Origin: Polymyxa betae A26-41
Taxonomy: Eukaryota; Protista; Endomyxa: Phytomyxea
Reading direction: 5' to 3'
Assembly (NCBI GenBank): GCA_003693705.1
Contig: RBZT01000771.1
Span: 43,592-107,591, forward strand
DNA: 64,000 nucleotides
Shown: positions 1 to 11,367 of the stretch, piece by piece
How the letters are laid out: the number at the start of each line of letters is the position of its first letter
Numbering within the stretch: the first letter of the stretch is position 1
Position numbers and translations under genes: made by a program
Notes under the pieces: generated by a model
Databases searched by the model: none
The model's input: only the letters and a program-made list of their open reading frames with translations
Told to the model about the DNA's origin: nothing

Positions 1-549
1 CTCCAGTCAGTATTGGAATGGGCTTTTGACCTTTTTGTTGAGCATTTCATAGCGAAAGGTGTTATTATCTATTTCCGCTCTGGCATTAATGACAAAATCT
101 ACGAACGTCGTCATTCCGCGTCCCAGGACCAGCCAACGAGGCCGCATTGGATCGGTCGTGTCGAAGATCTCAGCTCATCGCCCAAATCGAAACTCGACTC
201 GAGCGCGATGAGGACGATTTGATGACTCTGAAGTCTCAACAAGACGAGTTGCTTCAGACCGACACGGAATCAAGGTCAAGAGCGGCGAAGACAGCTTTCG
301 ACACCCAAAATTCGGGCCCTGACACAACGAGTCGGAGCCGCCCAAGAAAGAGCGACAGAGCAGTCGTTGGCTTTTCTGAAGCGGCCGCGTCCATCGCAGG
401 TTGTCTTACTGGCCGCATCCATCGGTCCCGCAAGCGACATCGGCACTGGTGGCACCGTCGTACTCGGCAAGACTCCGGCTGGTCGGCCACGAGCCTGGAG
501 CGGTCGACGTTCACTTCTCCGAGTTTCCCCGACGCCCACCACTATCTAG
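1..549 (+). CDS. Possible 3' part of a gene or pseudogene entering from the left; product unknown
   Basis: Overlapping + ORFs (13-222, 147-629, 367-549) with coding-like composition; no recognisable domain. Confidence 0.25.
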
Positions 550-902
550 GTAATCGGGTATTCTTAACCGATGAACCGTGTAGTTTGTGCAACCTCGTCA
601 TTAGTCTGTCCAAAAACGGGTATTTATAGAGCAGGCTGATGGGCTGGCCGCCGCTCCCAGATGACGCCCTATTCCATCGAGGTCATTTTTTGTCCTTGCA
701 AATTTGAGAGGTTTCGGCTGCGTTGCTCCTTTATCCCGTATATAGAACGACAGGTTCGTTTCTTGTTGAATGATCTATTGAAGGCTATGATTCTTCGCCC
801 AAGAAGTGAAGCTTCGCCACGCGGGGTAGGCGTTAAGTCACTTAAGTGACGGCATAGCTATTGATAGCAATACGTGCAGACTCGATTAGCTCTGGGCGAT
901 TT

Positions 903-1050
903 GGCCGCATGCTCAAGACGGATCCGCCATCATGGAAGCGCTTTGCAAAGAGAAGATGGTCATTGATCAAATCGATGAGCTGATGACAGTTTGCTCAAGA
1001 AGACGGGAATCAGGCGTTAGCACTCGTATCTGGAGCGATCATGGTGTTTG
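903..1050 (+). pseudogene. Relic C-terminal fragment of a 7TM-RGS paralog
   Basis: Manual translation GRMLKTDPPSW / ALCKEKMVIDQIDEL matches the paralog tails GRFLRTNHPSW..ALCEEKRVVHNVD and PRFLRTNPPSWNQFRALCEERMVANQVDEL, with a ~10-nt frameshifting deletion after W. Confidence 0.7.
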
Positions 1051-1218
1051 ACACACTTGAGACCCATTGATATATTTTATCTTTATAGCAATCTGCTTGT
1101 CTGCTTGTTGTCGGATGCCTTCATGATAGTTTTGGAACTTCACCAAAGCGCCCAAAAACATCCTGTGATGAAGATTGCAGCACAGCCCGTTGAATTTATT
1201 ACCCCCCCCCCCCCCAAA

Positions 1219-1330
1219 GAGGCCGCTCCATTCCATCTGCTTGTTCGCGATGAAACGTGATCATCGTCGGTGTCGAACGAGGCCGCTCCATTCCATCTGC
1301 TTGCTCGTAATGAAACGTGATCGTCGTTGA
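1219..1330. repeat. 60-bp tandem duplication (~1.9 copies) next to a poly-C run (1202-1215)
   Basis: GAGGCCGCTCCATTCCATCTGCTTG..TGAAACGTGATC at 1219 and again at 1279. Confidence 0.9.
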
Positions 1331-1550
1331 TATCAGCAGAGGAAGTAAAGTTACCCGGCGCAGTCAATGTAAATCATTTTCATTTTCAGTAAAATTCATT
1401 GTCGATTGTGTCTTTCCACACGACCGACGTTCGGTTGGAGGACGGAAGTTCGCGAGGCGTGGCTTCGATGCAGACGCGGGAAACCGTATTGGCCATGGCT
1501 GTGGGCGCAATTCTTCCGGCTATTAATGTTGTTCACATCTATGATTAATC

Positions 1551-2921
1551 ATGGCGAGCTCGCTGTCGACTATCTTTTGGGCCGTCCTCAGTGTCCTGCA
1601 TCTGCCCATTTTTGCAATTCCGGTCCTGTATTGGCGTAGGCGGAACCTCGATCCGATCAATGTGAGACGGCCGCGAATTCTCATCATCCCCTTGGTGACT
1701 CTTGTCATCGCCATCTGGCACATCCTGCTTCGAGCCCTGTTCCACCTATCATCGAAATCCTGGCTGAACATTATTATCCTATCTGTTCTGCTTGTGACAT
1801 CATCCGAATCGTTCTTCGTCTTTGCCTTATCGCTCTATATCGCCTACAACAAGATGAAACTGCAGATCGCTATGTATCAAGAGAGTCAGAAATCCTCGGA
1901 CATGGAAAGCTTGAAAACGTTCCTCGAATCGATCAGAATGATTTCTTGGCTGCTGAGCGAAAAATTCGCATACGCCTGGGTCGTCGGGCACGTTCTGCTA
2001 TGGACCATGATCGTCTTGATCTACATCGGAACCCGGATTGGGTTCCCGAATTGTTTAACTCCGTTGAGTGATATCTCAGAGCAAGCTGCCCATCATGTCT
2101 TAATCATGGTCTATGGACGGAGCTTGTTGACGGTCATTTGCTGGATTGTCTTGTCTTTCAAACTGCGTCTGATGCAAGATGCATTCGGCACCAAATCGTT
2201 GCTGAAAAAGACCGGCCTGATCGGCGCCACTTGTCTTTGTTATCATTTCTTTTTAGAGAAGACGGTGGCTGAAATTTCGGTGCTCCGCTTGCACGACTTA
2301 TGCACTTTAGTGCTCGTTGATGCAGCTTTTATCATTTCATTCATCATTCCGTTATTGCAGACACGCAAGATTGCGAATCGGACACCGTCCACAAGCTATT
2401 CTTCTGGCACCTCGGCAAGGCCGTCGGATTTTGAATTGTTCTTGCACACGGCTGATGGCTTTGCAGCATTCAAACGGCATTTAGAGAAGGAGTTCGCTGT
2501 CGAGAATCTGCTCTTCTGGAAAGATGTGAATTTGTTTCGTGAAAAGTGTGATGCCGACGATGCAGGCCGACTGAGCTGTAAAAGCATTATTCTGTCCTGG
2601 GCAATATTCGACAAGTATCTTTGCAGCTCGGCGCCTCTGGAAATCAACCTACCATTCCAGCTGTCAATGAAGTTCAGGAATATATTCGCGAATCGGATGG
2701 GCGGAAGCCCAGCAATTACAGCGGCGATCTTCGATGAGGCAGCGAATCAAGTCCTTCAGCTTATCGAAGTGGATTCTCTACCAAGGTTCCTGAGGACTAA
2801 CCCACCATCTTGGAATCAGTTCAGGGCTCTATGCGAAGAGAGGATGGTCGCCAATCAGGTCGATGAACTCGGCAAGGCGCGAATATCTCGCGAACGTACA
2901 AGCGACAGTTGCGATTGCTAG
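1551..2921 (+). CDS. 7TM-RGS protein (seven-transmembrane domain + RGS GAP domain), copy 1
   Basis: 456-aa single ORF with ~7 hydrophobic segments and DAFG loop, then an RGS box (FKRHLEKEFAVENLLFW..PLEINLP..FDEAANQVLQLIEVDSLPRFL). Confidence 0.9.
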   Translation: MASSLSTIFWAVLSVLHLPIFAIPVLYWRRRNLDPINVRRPRILIIPLVTLVIAIWHILLRALFHLSSKSWLNIIILSVLLVTSSESFFVFALSLYIAYNKMKLQIAMYQESQKSSDMESLKTFLESIRMISWLLSEKFAYAWVVGHVLLWTMIVLIYIGTRIGFPNCLTPLSDISEQAAHHVLIMVYGRSLLTVICWIVLSFKLRLMQDAFGTKSLLKKTGLIGATCLCYHFFLEKTVAEISVLRLHDLCTLVLVDAAFIISFIIPLLQTRKIANRTPSTSYSSGTSARPSDFELFLHTADGFAAFKRHLEKEFAVENLLFWKDVNLFREKCDADDAGRLSCKSIILSWAIFDKYLCSSAPLEINLPFQLSMKFRNIFANRMGGSPAITAAIFDEAANQVLQLIEVDSLPRFLRTNPPSWNQFRALCEERMVANQVDELGKARISRERTSDSCDC

Positions 2922-3089
2922 AACCAATTGTATCTGTTAAATGATATTATTATTATTAAGGCAAGGGGGGTTGTTCTCCAAGTAGGAGACGTTCTCAGAC
3001 GTTTAATACCACTACTTGATTCTGAACCAGGTTGCAAAAAAAAATACTTGTTATTTAAAAATCAGGTGATCTAGTCGAAATGACTCCGG

Positions 3090-4040
3090 CTTTTAGCCAA
3101 ATCTTTTAGAGACCGACTGTTTGCCAGAGGCGTTCCTCGAAGCCAGTCGAGGAGAATTGACGGCAATGTGGCCTTCCTCGCTACAATATAGGCATAATTG
3201 ATTATCAATACGCCTCTGCCGTCAAGGACCATGGTAGAGCGCCGCCTGTTGACCAAAATCAACGAACTAGAATAATCCAATCCAATCCAATCAAGGACCA
3301 TGGGATCAGAAGCTGGAGAGCTTCCCGGATGAAAAATGATGCTGTACGATTTCCAGGATTCATTCGATGATCGCGTTCAATGGCATCATTGGTAGCAGAC
3401 TCAAGTAGTAGGCGTCGACTGCGACAATAGCAGTTGCTGAACTTCGTTGTTAAGTCCGCAATGGTGATTATCAATACATTTTTGCAGAATCGTTCTAATC
3501 TACATCGGGTGCGATAAGACGAAATATAGAGGTATGTGCAAGTTGGTTTGCGACCTTGCTGAAGGGGTCCTATTCTTGGCGAAGCTGTATTGATGCGATC
3601 CGGATCGCCAAAAACTTATCTAACAACTGTATAACAACATTGGCATCAGGGAGTCGAACATCTTTAGATTCCAATAAGAAAGGAAACCATTGTAGAGCTG
3701 TCCCCTTCAAAAAATGTTCCGAGGGGGCAACTTTACAGAATTTGCAGCAAATGTTGCGGCTGAAACTTCCAAATAAGTCTAAGCAGATTGAGAAAGCCTC
3801 TCAATTTGCTTAAATCGACATCGAATGGGTCTGGATGAAGAACATTTGGTTTAGATAACATACTTCCAAAATGGTTGAACTACTAATCCGTTCACAGGCG
3901 TTCGCTGCTTCTGCTGATGGTACAGCTATTGATGTTGGAGCTGCTCGATCTGCGCTCACATGCCATCAGTTTGTAGCTGATAACTATTTTGCTGTTCCAG
4001 AAGATCTGAAGTCGGAGGTGAGAGTAGCAGATCTGGGCCC
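3090..4040 (-). mobile_element. Decayed Ty3/gypsy LTR-retrotransposon gag relic
   Basis: Minus-strand manual translation across stops and frameshifts gives PDPFDVDLSKLRGFLN, LKGTALQWF, FGDPDRINTA, LQQG, DPMVLD and a zinc knuckle RQRRIDNQLCLYCSEEGHIAVNSP (last Cys lost). No pol is seen. Confidence 0.8.
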
Positions 4041-4180
4041 AAAACCAAACAAAACTGAACAAAACTGAATAAAGCAGAGCTAGAACGAAGACTGGAGACT
4101 GAACTAAAATTTAATTGAGATAAACAGATAAACTGAAGAGAGATTAGTTAGAACCAGAATAAGAGGTGTGATGTTGATTA

Positions 4181-4537
4181 GAGCGCGTCTGGAGGTGACC
4201 GTGTTTCAAAACTCCGTTACGGCAAAACGCCGTTACGACTATTTGAGAAAACGGCGTTTTGCCGAAACGGCATTTTGATGGGCTTGGAACCTCCAGACAC
4301 CCAAGACAAAACGCCGTTTGCGCAGAATCCTGTGCGTCAGGAAGGTGCGGCGACACGCAAAACGGTGTCAAAACGGAGGTCGGACCTCCGTTTTGAAAAC
4401 GCCGTTTCACGGAGATAAAGCTGCGTTGTCGGATGAGGCTCCGTTTTGACTCCAGACAGTCGCAACTCAGTTTCAAAACGGCGTTTTGCCCAAAACGGAG
4501 GTGAAACGGCGTTTTCAGCCTGCCTCCAGACGCACTC
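4181..4537. mobile_element. Non-autonomous TIR element (PIF/Harbinger/Tourist-like MITE)
   Basis: 15-bp TIRs GAGCGCGTCTGGAGG / CCTCCAGACGCACTC (14/15 match); TTA on the left, TTTA on the right; many internal AAAACGG(C/A)G / CCGTTTT motifs. Confidence 0.75.
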
Positions 4538-4715
4538 TTTAGCTGCACGGACTCCGTACGAGGTCTGATGCTCAGACTCAGTCAAGCTTTTGACAATTTT
4601 TTGCTGAAAATCTTGCGCATTTCTACGTTTGCATGGCCAAACATTTTGATGAAAACCCTCAACTTTTTCAAACCTTGACCTGGGACACCGTTGATCAGTT
4701 CCAACAGCTATTTTA

Positions 4716-5456
4716 ATGCTGGTTTGGATAAGAATTCTAGTGATCGCGAGTCTACTGGCTGTGATACACGCCGGTAGACCTGTTTCACTCCTCACCGAAC
4801 ATACCGTGTCGGTGAAACGTTCGTATTGGGATTATCGTCCTTGGGATGACCTGCTTAAGAACATCTGGATTGTCTTTCAATGCCGCGAACCTTCCCTTTG
4901 CTATAAACTGACTGTTGTCATGGGCGACCAGACAATCATGAGGAACTGCCTCGCGTCCCGCAGCGCCGACGATTTGCCGAATGAACTCAGTACAAAGCTG
5001 TCAACAACATCAGAAGCTTTCCAGTTCTTCATGAGAAACTACAACAAGCCCACTGCTGCTGTAGGCGTCTTGACTTTTGCCATATTCGTCGCTGATTCTT
5101 GCCCTGGACAGTTTATAGTTGAATATAATCAATTTGATGTTGAAGGAATTCGTGTCTATTTCGATCACGGTCTGGAGCGTAATGCTGATTTTGTGGACGA
5201 AAGGATTCGTGTCGAATTGGATTTGTTAGAGCGCCAAGTCGATGTGCCCGAGATTCCAGCTCCCGTGAATACCGAAAGCGAGTCCGACGAACCTGAAGAA
5301 GCAGATGCTCAAGAACCTGCGACAGTCCAGTCCCAGCGCAATCTTGCTATTCAGCGTGTCCAGGTAGAGAACCCGTTCGATGCGGAGCTGAGGGCAGCCG
5401 TCGACCGACTTTTCATTGGATCGAGAAACAGATGGAATGACTCTGATTCTGATTAA
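4716..5456 (+). CDS. Orphan secreted protein (candidate effector)
   Basis: 246-aa single ORF with a signal-peptide-like start (MLVWIRILVIASLLAVIHAG), several Cys and an acidic linker; no recognised domain. Confidence 0.65.
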   Translation: MLVWIRILVIASLLAVIHAGRPVSLLTEHTVSVKRSYWDYRPWDDLLKNIWIVFQCREPSLCYKLTVVMGDQTIMRNCLASRSADDLPNELSTKLSTTSEAFQFFMRNYNKPTAAVGVLTFAIFVADSCPGQFIVEYNQFDVEGIRVYFDHGLERNADFVDERIRVELDLLERQVDVPEIPAPVNTESESDEPEEADAQEPATVQSQRNLAIQRVQVENPFDAELRAAVDRLFIGSRNRWNDSDSD

Positions 5457-5722
5457 ATAAACCAACTTGTCTAACTGTTATTAAGAATTTTCATCAATTC
5501 TCTGAGATTTAAGGGGAAACTATTCAAAAGTTCGAAATAGGATTCGTGCGCTTGTAAAGAGGCGCCAGATGGACTGCGGTGCCAGAAGTACTAGGTCGTA
5601 CTTAATAGAGACAATCCACACAAGAAGGAAAGTTCTTTCGGAATGCGAACCACATTCTTAACGCCTTCTTACGGATATCGATATTCACCACTTTCGAACC
5701 CCAAAGAAACGAGCAAAGAACC

Positions 5723-6745
5723 ATGGAGTCGGAACCGTCAGCGTATTATCGGCACTCGAGAGATGAGCCCTCTAGTCATGATCAGATGGTCGACCGTGTG
5801 AAATCTCAGAATCTGTTTCGCTCCGGTAGGGCCGAGAAATGCATGAGACTGGTCGATCGTCGTCGTTTCATTCCAGTTGAATGTCATTCTCCTTATGCGG
5901 ATCAAAGCGTCCAGATAGGTTAGAATCGATTTCAGCCTTGGGTTGGCAAGCTTCCATAACAGCATGCTTTGCGTTCATGGACGTCGCGAATCTGAAAACG
6001 TGGATAGGATATGGGGCTTGGATAGCGGCGCCTTCCATCCAGGCATTTTGTCTTGATAGACTTACTGAACATCTTGAGCCAGTAAGAAATCCGAGGTCAT
6101 AAATGCCACCTTTGATAGATGGATCAGGGATCGACAGTTCTGGATATCGGCAGTGGGACTGGCTATCTAGCAGCGGTCATGGCCCTCATGCTGCAAGGCG
6201 ATACAAGACCAGGTCAAGAGAGCGGCCGTGTCTTTGCTGTGGAGCATATTCCAGGTAAGAGCGTCACTGCATTGAACGTGCCGTTCTTTAAAGATAGTCA
6301 GAGCTGGTGGCAACTAATAAAGAGATTATCAAGCGATATTATCCAGATCTGCAGAAGGTGATTGAGATTGTTGCTGGTGATGGAAGGCAAGGGCTGCCAG
6401 AACATGGTCCATATGATTGGTAACAAATTTCGATTTTCTGGAATCCATCACAAGCCAAATCGTTTCGAAGCATCAATGTCGGTGCCGCTTCCGAACAGCT
6501 GCCAAGCGCGTTACTCGACCAGTTGAAACCTGGAGGTAAATTGTGGTCAACGTTTGTGCCGCAGCGGCTGACGTCGGTGACCAGGTCGAATGATATGTCC
6601 TGTGGGGATCGGCTACTCGCAGCAGCTCCTGGTCGTCGACAAGCGCCCGGACGGCTCCATCGACGAGCGAGTCGAATATGAAGGTGTCGAATTTCCCCCT
6701 CTAACAAGTGTGAGCTGTCAGCTCGATACTGAAACCTTTGATTGA
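5723..6745 (+). CDS. PCMT1: Protein-L-isoaspartate O-methyltransferase (multi-exon)
   Basis: Exons encode VDRRRFIP..SPYAD, IGYGAWIAAPSIQA, VLDIGSGTGYLAA, VEHIP, GDGRQG..GPYD, INVGAA, LLDQLKPGGRMICPVG; stop TGA at 6743-6745. Confidence 0.9.
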
Positions 6746-6961
6746 AACGTTACTAATGTGTCAGCTCGATAATGAAACCTTTGATTGAAACGTTACTAAT
6801 GTGTCAGTTTGATAATGAAACCTTTGACATTACTAATGTGTTAGCTCGATAATGAAACCTTGGATTGAAACGTTACTAATGTGTCAGTTTGATAATGAAA
6901 CCTTTGACATTACTAATGTGTCAGCTCGATAATGAAACCTTTGATTGAAACGTTACTAATG
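6716..6961 (+). repeat. Minisatellite, 6 units (43,43,37,43,37,43 bp), beginning inside the PIMT 3' coding end
   Basis: Unit TGTCAGCTCGATAATGAAACCTTTGATTGAAACGTTACTAATG plus a 37-bp variant. Confidence 0.95.
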
Positions 6962-7088
6962 TTCCTCCGCTGTATAAACCCTAAATAGACTCTACTCTCT
7001 CATTCAATCTCATTTAGTATAAAATGTCTTCATTTTCATTGCGAGAAGTTTAAGAGGCGCGCGGCGGAGTCGAGCAATCTGCTCATAG

Positions 7089-10000
7089 ATGCAGAGTCTG
7101 CTGGACCGGGCAGCGAATGATCCAGCCTGTGTCACCGAACTGTTGGCGTCGGTGACGTCGGTGTCGTCGGTGCCTCGAGAACTGCTTCCTAAGGTGCTGG
7201 ATTTCCTTGCGACCGAGGCGGCGCCGCTCCAGACTCGGCAGAACGTGTTCGTTGTCGTGACGGCCGAATGCGATCCGAATTTGGTGCCCGCCTGCGATGC
7301 TGCCCGAACTCTCACCAGTTTGTTGAAGCAGACGACAACAGCTGGTGTGCAATTTTGTGACAATAACGCCCTATTCCGTTGTCTGCTGTCATTGGTTTCC
7401 ACCCCTTCGCCTTTGGTACCAGCTTCTTCGGAATTCGACGAACTCGTCATTGCTGTTTGTAGCTACCATCGGGTGGTTTCGCTGCAATTTATTGATGTAG
7501 GCGATACTCTACTTTTACGCTGCCTCTTTCTTGCTTCGTTTGTTTTTGCTTTCTCATCTTTGTTAATAAATTTAGTCATGTTGATAACAGGCATGTTCGA
7601 AACTGCAATTGATTTCGGCTAAAGTGCTACCTGATGTGTTGGCCATGCTCTGTTCTTGCAGTTTGGATTCGAGTCAGCCGTATAGAATCGTGAGTATCAT
7701 TCTATCTGGGGCTCTCCGCCAGCAATGCATCAGCACCATTTTAGAATATTCTGGCGCTGCTTCCCAACCAGAGCGCTGTAGTGGAGCGATTTCATTGTTG
7801 GCGGCGGCATTATGGGGGCCTAATTGCACTCACGATCTATCAGCAGCGACAGATTCAGCACTAAATCAGATCGCATTGCTAGTTCAACGTGGCATCATCG
7901 ATAACAGGATTGCCACAGAAGTATGTCTTGCATTGGAGCTTTTTGTTAACACTCTTCAAGCAGAATGCGTATCTGAGCTTGATCAACTTGTCGATATAGT
8001 TCGAGATTTAGGTCCAGCTCTGCAAACAGATTCGAAACCTCGGCTGACAAACATTCTTCTTGTCATTCTAAAGTTATCAAACTCACCAACTGTGCTCGAT
8101 ATGGCGCTTTGCTATGTCGATTCTTTAAAGGATGACAATCCCGTTCTGGATTGCCTATTGACCCATCAGAAAGCCAAAGTTCATCCTTCAGATCCGTCCT
8201 GGTTGGAGCACTTAACCGATTTGATGAGGTCCTTCTTCGTCAACGTCAATCTCCCGGAGCCTATTCGTCACTCTGCTTTTCTATTCGCTCTCGAACTGGT
8301 CTCCCGTTATCGATTCTTATTTGCCGACGATATCCTACGGCGCTGCATTTTGCCATTCTGCAGCTCGCTGCCCTCGCTCAGCGAAGCTGTACAAATCTCT
8401 GTCTACACCGAACTGGAGAAGATTGCTAGCTCTACCGCTATGGAGACGTTCTCCGACCTGATCGAAGTCCTTCGATGCTGTACTGATTCTCAATATGACA
8501 GCGTTCGGGATCTGACTGTTGTAATGTTACGCAACCTGCTCAGTCAGAAGCTGCCCCATCCATCATACGAGCACTCCATTCTCCTATTCAATGTTCTCGT
8601 TCAGCTCATATCACACTCGCTGCGAAGACTTCGTCAGCAGGCGATCCAGGCGCTGGCTAAGATTGGCGCCAACCGCGATGGCACTGTCAAATTCGTCGCC
8701 GACGACGCTGTCGTTACCAGCTCATATGTGTTTATCGGGTCCCGGTACTATGATGAACGAACGTCGACCGTTTTGCCTCTTTCTTCATTTGTGGATGCTT
8801 TGACTGAAGTGATTACAACTGATCGCGATCCACATTCTTTCGAATCAGCGATTCAAGCAATTCGAGGTCTTTGTTCAGGTGATTCGGTGGCTTTGCGCTC
8901 ATTTGCTTTTATATTCACCGACTGATATTTGCTTAGATGTCATCATGTCGTCAGAAATTGATGTCGGTCAGCTGTGCTCTCTGTTTAGGTCCGATTGCAT
9001 ATTGCACCAGCATAACTGTTTATTCGTGATTTAGTACCTACCTAAAATGCAACCATCTCGGTGAACAAATGCAAGTTGTTACAAGTGAATGGGCTTCAAG
9101 ATGTCTCTCAGCCTACGAGATTTTTGGTATTTTGCTGTCGTATCGCCACCGTTTTGACGAGAACCGGTATAACCTTGTTGTTGATGCTATCGTCACTGGA
9201 CTTGATGTCCATGTACATTATTTCTCCGGTGCGAATTGTCATCGGATACGCGTTTTGTATCTCATCGTTTTTTTGTAGAGCTTGCCACAAGTCGTCAAAT
9301 TGTTGCTGTCTGTTTACGTGCTCTAATCTTGCTGGCACTGGAGAGGCCCGAATTGATCGCGCTTCACATATCCAAGGTATTCGCTTCACGACGTGATTCG
9401 AATGCTAATAGCGTGTAGATTTTGTTGTGCTTCAATCGCATACGAGATCAGTCATTTGACCGGAAGTTGATACAGTTCTTGCACAGTTTTCTCAGCGGCA
9501 TCCGTGAAAAAAAGCTGTCTCAAGTAAACTGGAAAGCTCTCCATGGTGTGTTTGTTAAGATGATTTATTAGAATGGACAAGAATGGTCGCCTTCGTCTAC
9601 TGACATGTTCCTGGTGTTCAAATCAGTACTTCATTCATTGTCTGGACCTAATCTTGACGCTTTTAAAATCCGACTGTCATACCGCTGCTTGCGATTTTGC
9701 TTCATGCTTTGCATTTCCAACGATCGGTTATTGTGCTTTGATCACGTAAGTTCAATGGATCTTGATGAGTATGTACAGATTGGTAACAATCGCTAACCAG
9801 GCTAAGAGAGTATCGAAATCGGATGATGTCGAAATGCTGTGCTTATTGGGTTTCATGCATCGACATCTTCACTCGGACTCCTCCTCTATGCCAGGCCATT
9901 CTGAAAATGTTGATTTCGGCTCTGTTACTGATAGCAAAATTGACCTCAGTCGTTCCTGGATCACTCCCTCATCAATAATTACGATTTCAACATCGAACAA

Positions 10001-11224
10001 GGAAGGCTGCACGTATATAACTTTACGCTGTGCAAGTGCCCCGAATTCATCGTATATTCTACGTTCTGCTGATCCGTTCTATTCTGGTAAAACACTTTCA
10101 CTGTTTTCTTGTACCTAATCAACCTTTGCTAGATTCCAGTAAAACTTCCGAAAGTACCGGCACATCGAGTCCTGACGGAATCGTGGACCTACTTAAAATT
10201 TTGTCGGGTTCTGAAAACTGCAGCTGTATCCAACGTAATATAACATCGAGCATTTTTCCCGTTTTCTGATGATTTTCAGCGCTGGACGATGGAGAACAAT
10301 TGGAGCGGTCCTTGGCTATTTTGGATCAGATCTCCCATCAGGAAACAATGAAAATCGGGGTAGTTTATGTAGGGCCAGATCAAGTTGACGAACATGACAT
10401 CCTTAACAATGTTATCGGCTCATTGCGTTATCATCAAGTAGGCTCTAACAATATGGAGGCAGCGGTCTCCTTAGTTTGATGGCAACAGATGCTAATGTAC
10501 TTGGGCGAATCTTTGGTTTTAAGAGGAACCAAATCATATACGGGAGGGCTTGACCGGCACAATGACAACGATGGTCGTTTGACTTTAACATGGCTTGATT
10601 CATGTACACAGATCTGTTTTCATATAGCCACCATGATTCCGAATCGTTCTTCTGCTGCACGAGTATTTTTAAATCTCGGTTTGCGCTTCAAGTTTTTCAC
10701 AATTGCTCTGTAGGGAGAACACAAAAAGCGGCATATTGGCAACGATTTTGTCAATATTATCTACAACGACAACATCGACTTCAATTATGATCCGGATACT
10801 CTCTCTAGCCAGCTAAATTTCGTACAGATTATTGTAGAGCACGTTGGTGACGAACAATTTTCAATCAGTTTAAATATAAAGCCACATGTACCCGACTTCT
10901 GGTAGGCGAACTATTCCGGATTATGCTCAGCCGTGTGAAAGTTCATAATCAGGTTTCTTCATGAATGTCGAACGTTTCACATATCTACTCTCGGGCGTGT
11001 ATTAAGACAGCTTATCATCCAAGCACAGATTGCATGCTGGGTTATGCAGGTCTGTGTTTAGTTTGACTAAATGTCGCTGAACAGAATATAACTTTTCTAT
11101 TTAGCCTCAAAAGCTGCAAGAGACAGCTTGGCAGGTTCGATATCAGCAAATCCAACGTATTGCTGGCCGTCATGCTCTACGACCCGTATCGTCATCCATA
11201 GATCCTGCAATTGTTCCAACATGA
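7089..11224 (+). CDS. TSC2: Tuberin/TSC2-like protein (HEAT-like N-terminus + Rap-GAP domain), multi-exon
   Basis: C-terminal exons encode ERSLAILDQISHQETMKIGVVYVG, YTGGLD, FHIATMIP, KKRHIGNDFVNIIYND (Asn thumb), QLNFVQIIVE and WQVRYQQIQR. RalGAP-alpha cannot be excluded. Confidence 0.75.
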
Positions 11225-11367
11225 CATAATTCCATTATTTATAATAATACATTCAGTAATATATTGCATTGTTCAAATAGTCACGTAATGAAACTAATGG
11301 AACTCTTGGAAAGTATCATACTGTTATATGAGGTTATGATATAGTCTCCGGGGCTTTATAGAGATTG

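Noticed and set aside
1-222. Weak RGS-helix resemblance (VLEWAFDLFVEHFIAK)
   Set aside because: Lacks the EVNL and DSxxRF motifs and is truncated by the window edge.
2960-3000. Polypurine tract + TG resembling an LTR start
   Set aside because: Opposite orientation to the gag relic, and no second LTR copy found.
4144-4795. Minus-strand ORFs of 134 and 152 aa
   Set aside because: They run through the MITE and antisense to the secreted protein; no domain signal.
6716-6961. CRISPR-like appearance of the 43-bp repeats
   Set aside because: Head-to-tail units with no unique spacers, eukaryotic context, no cas genes.
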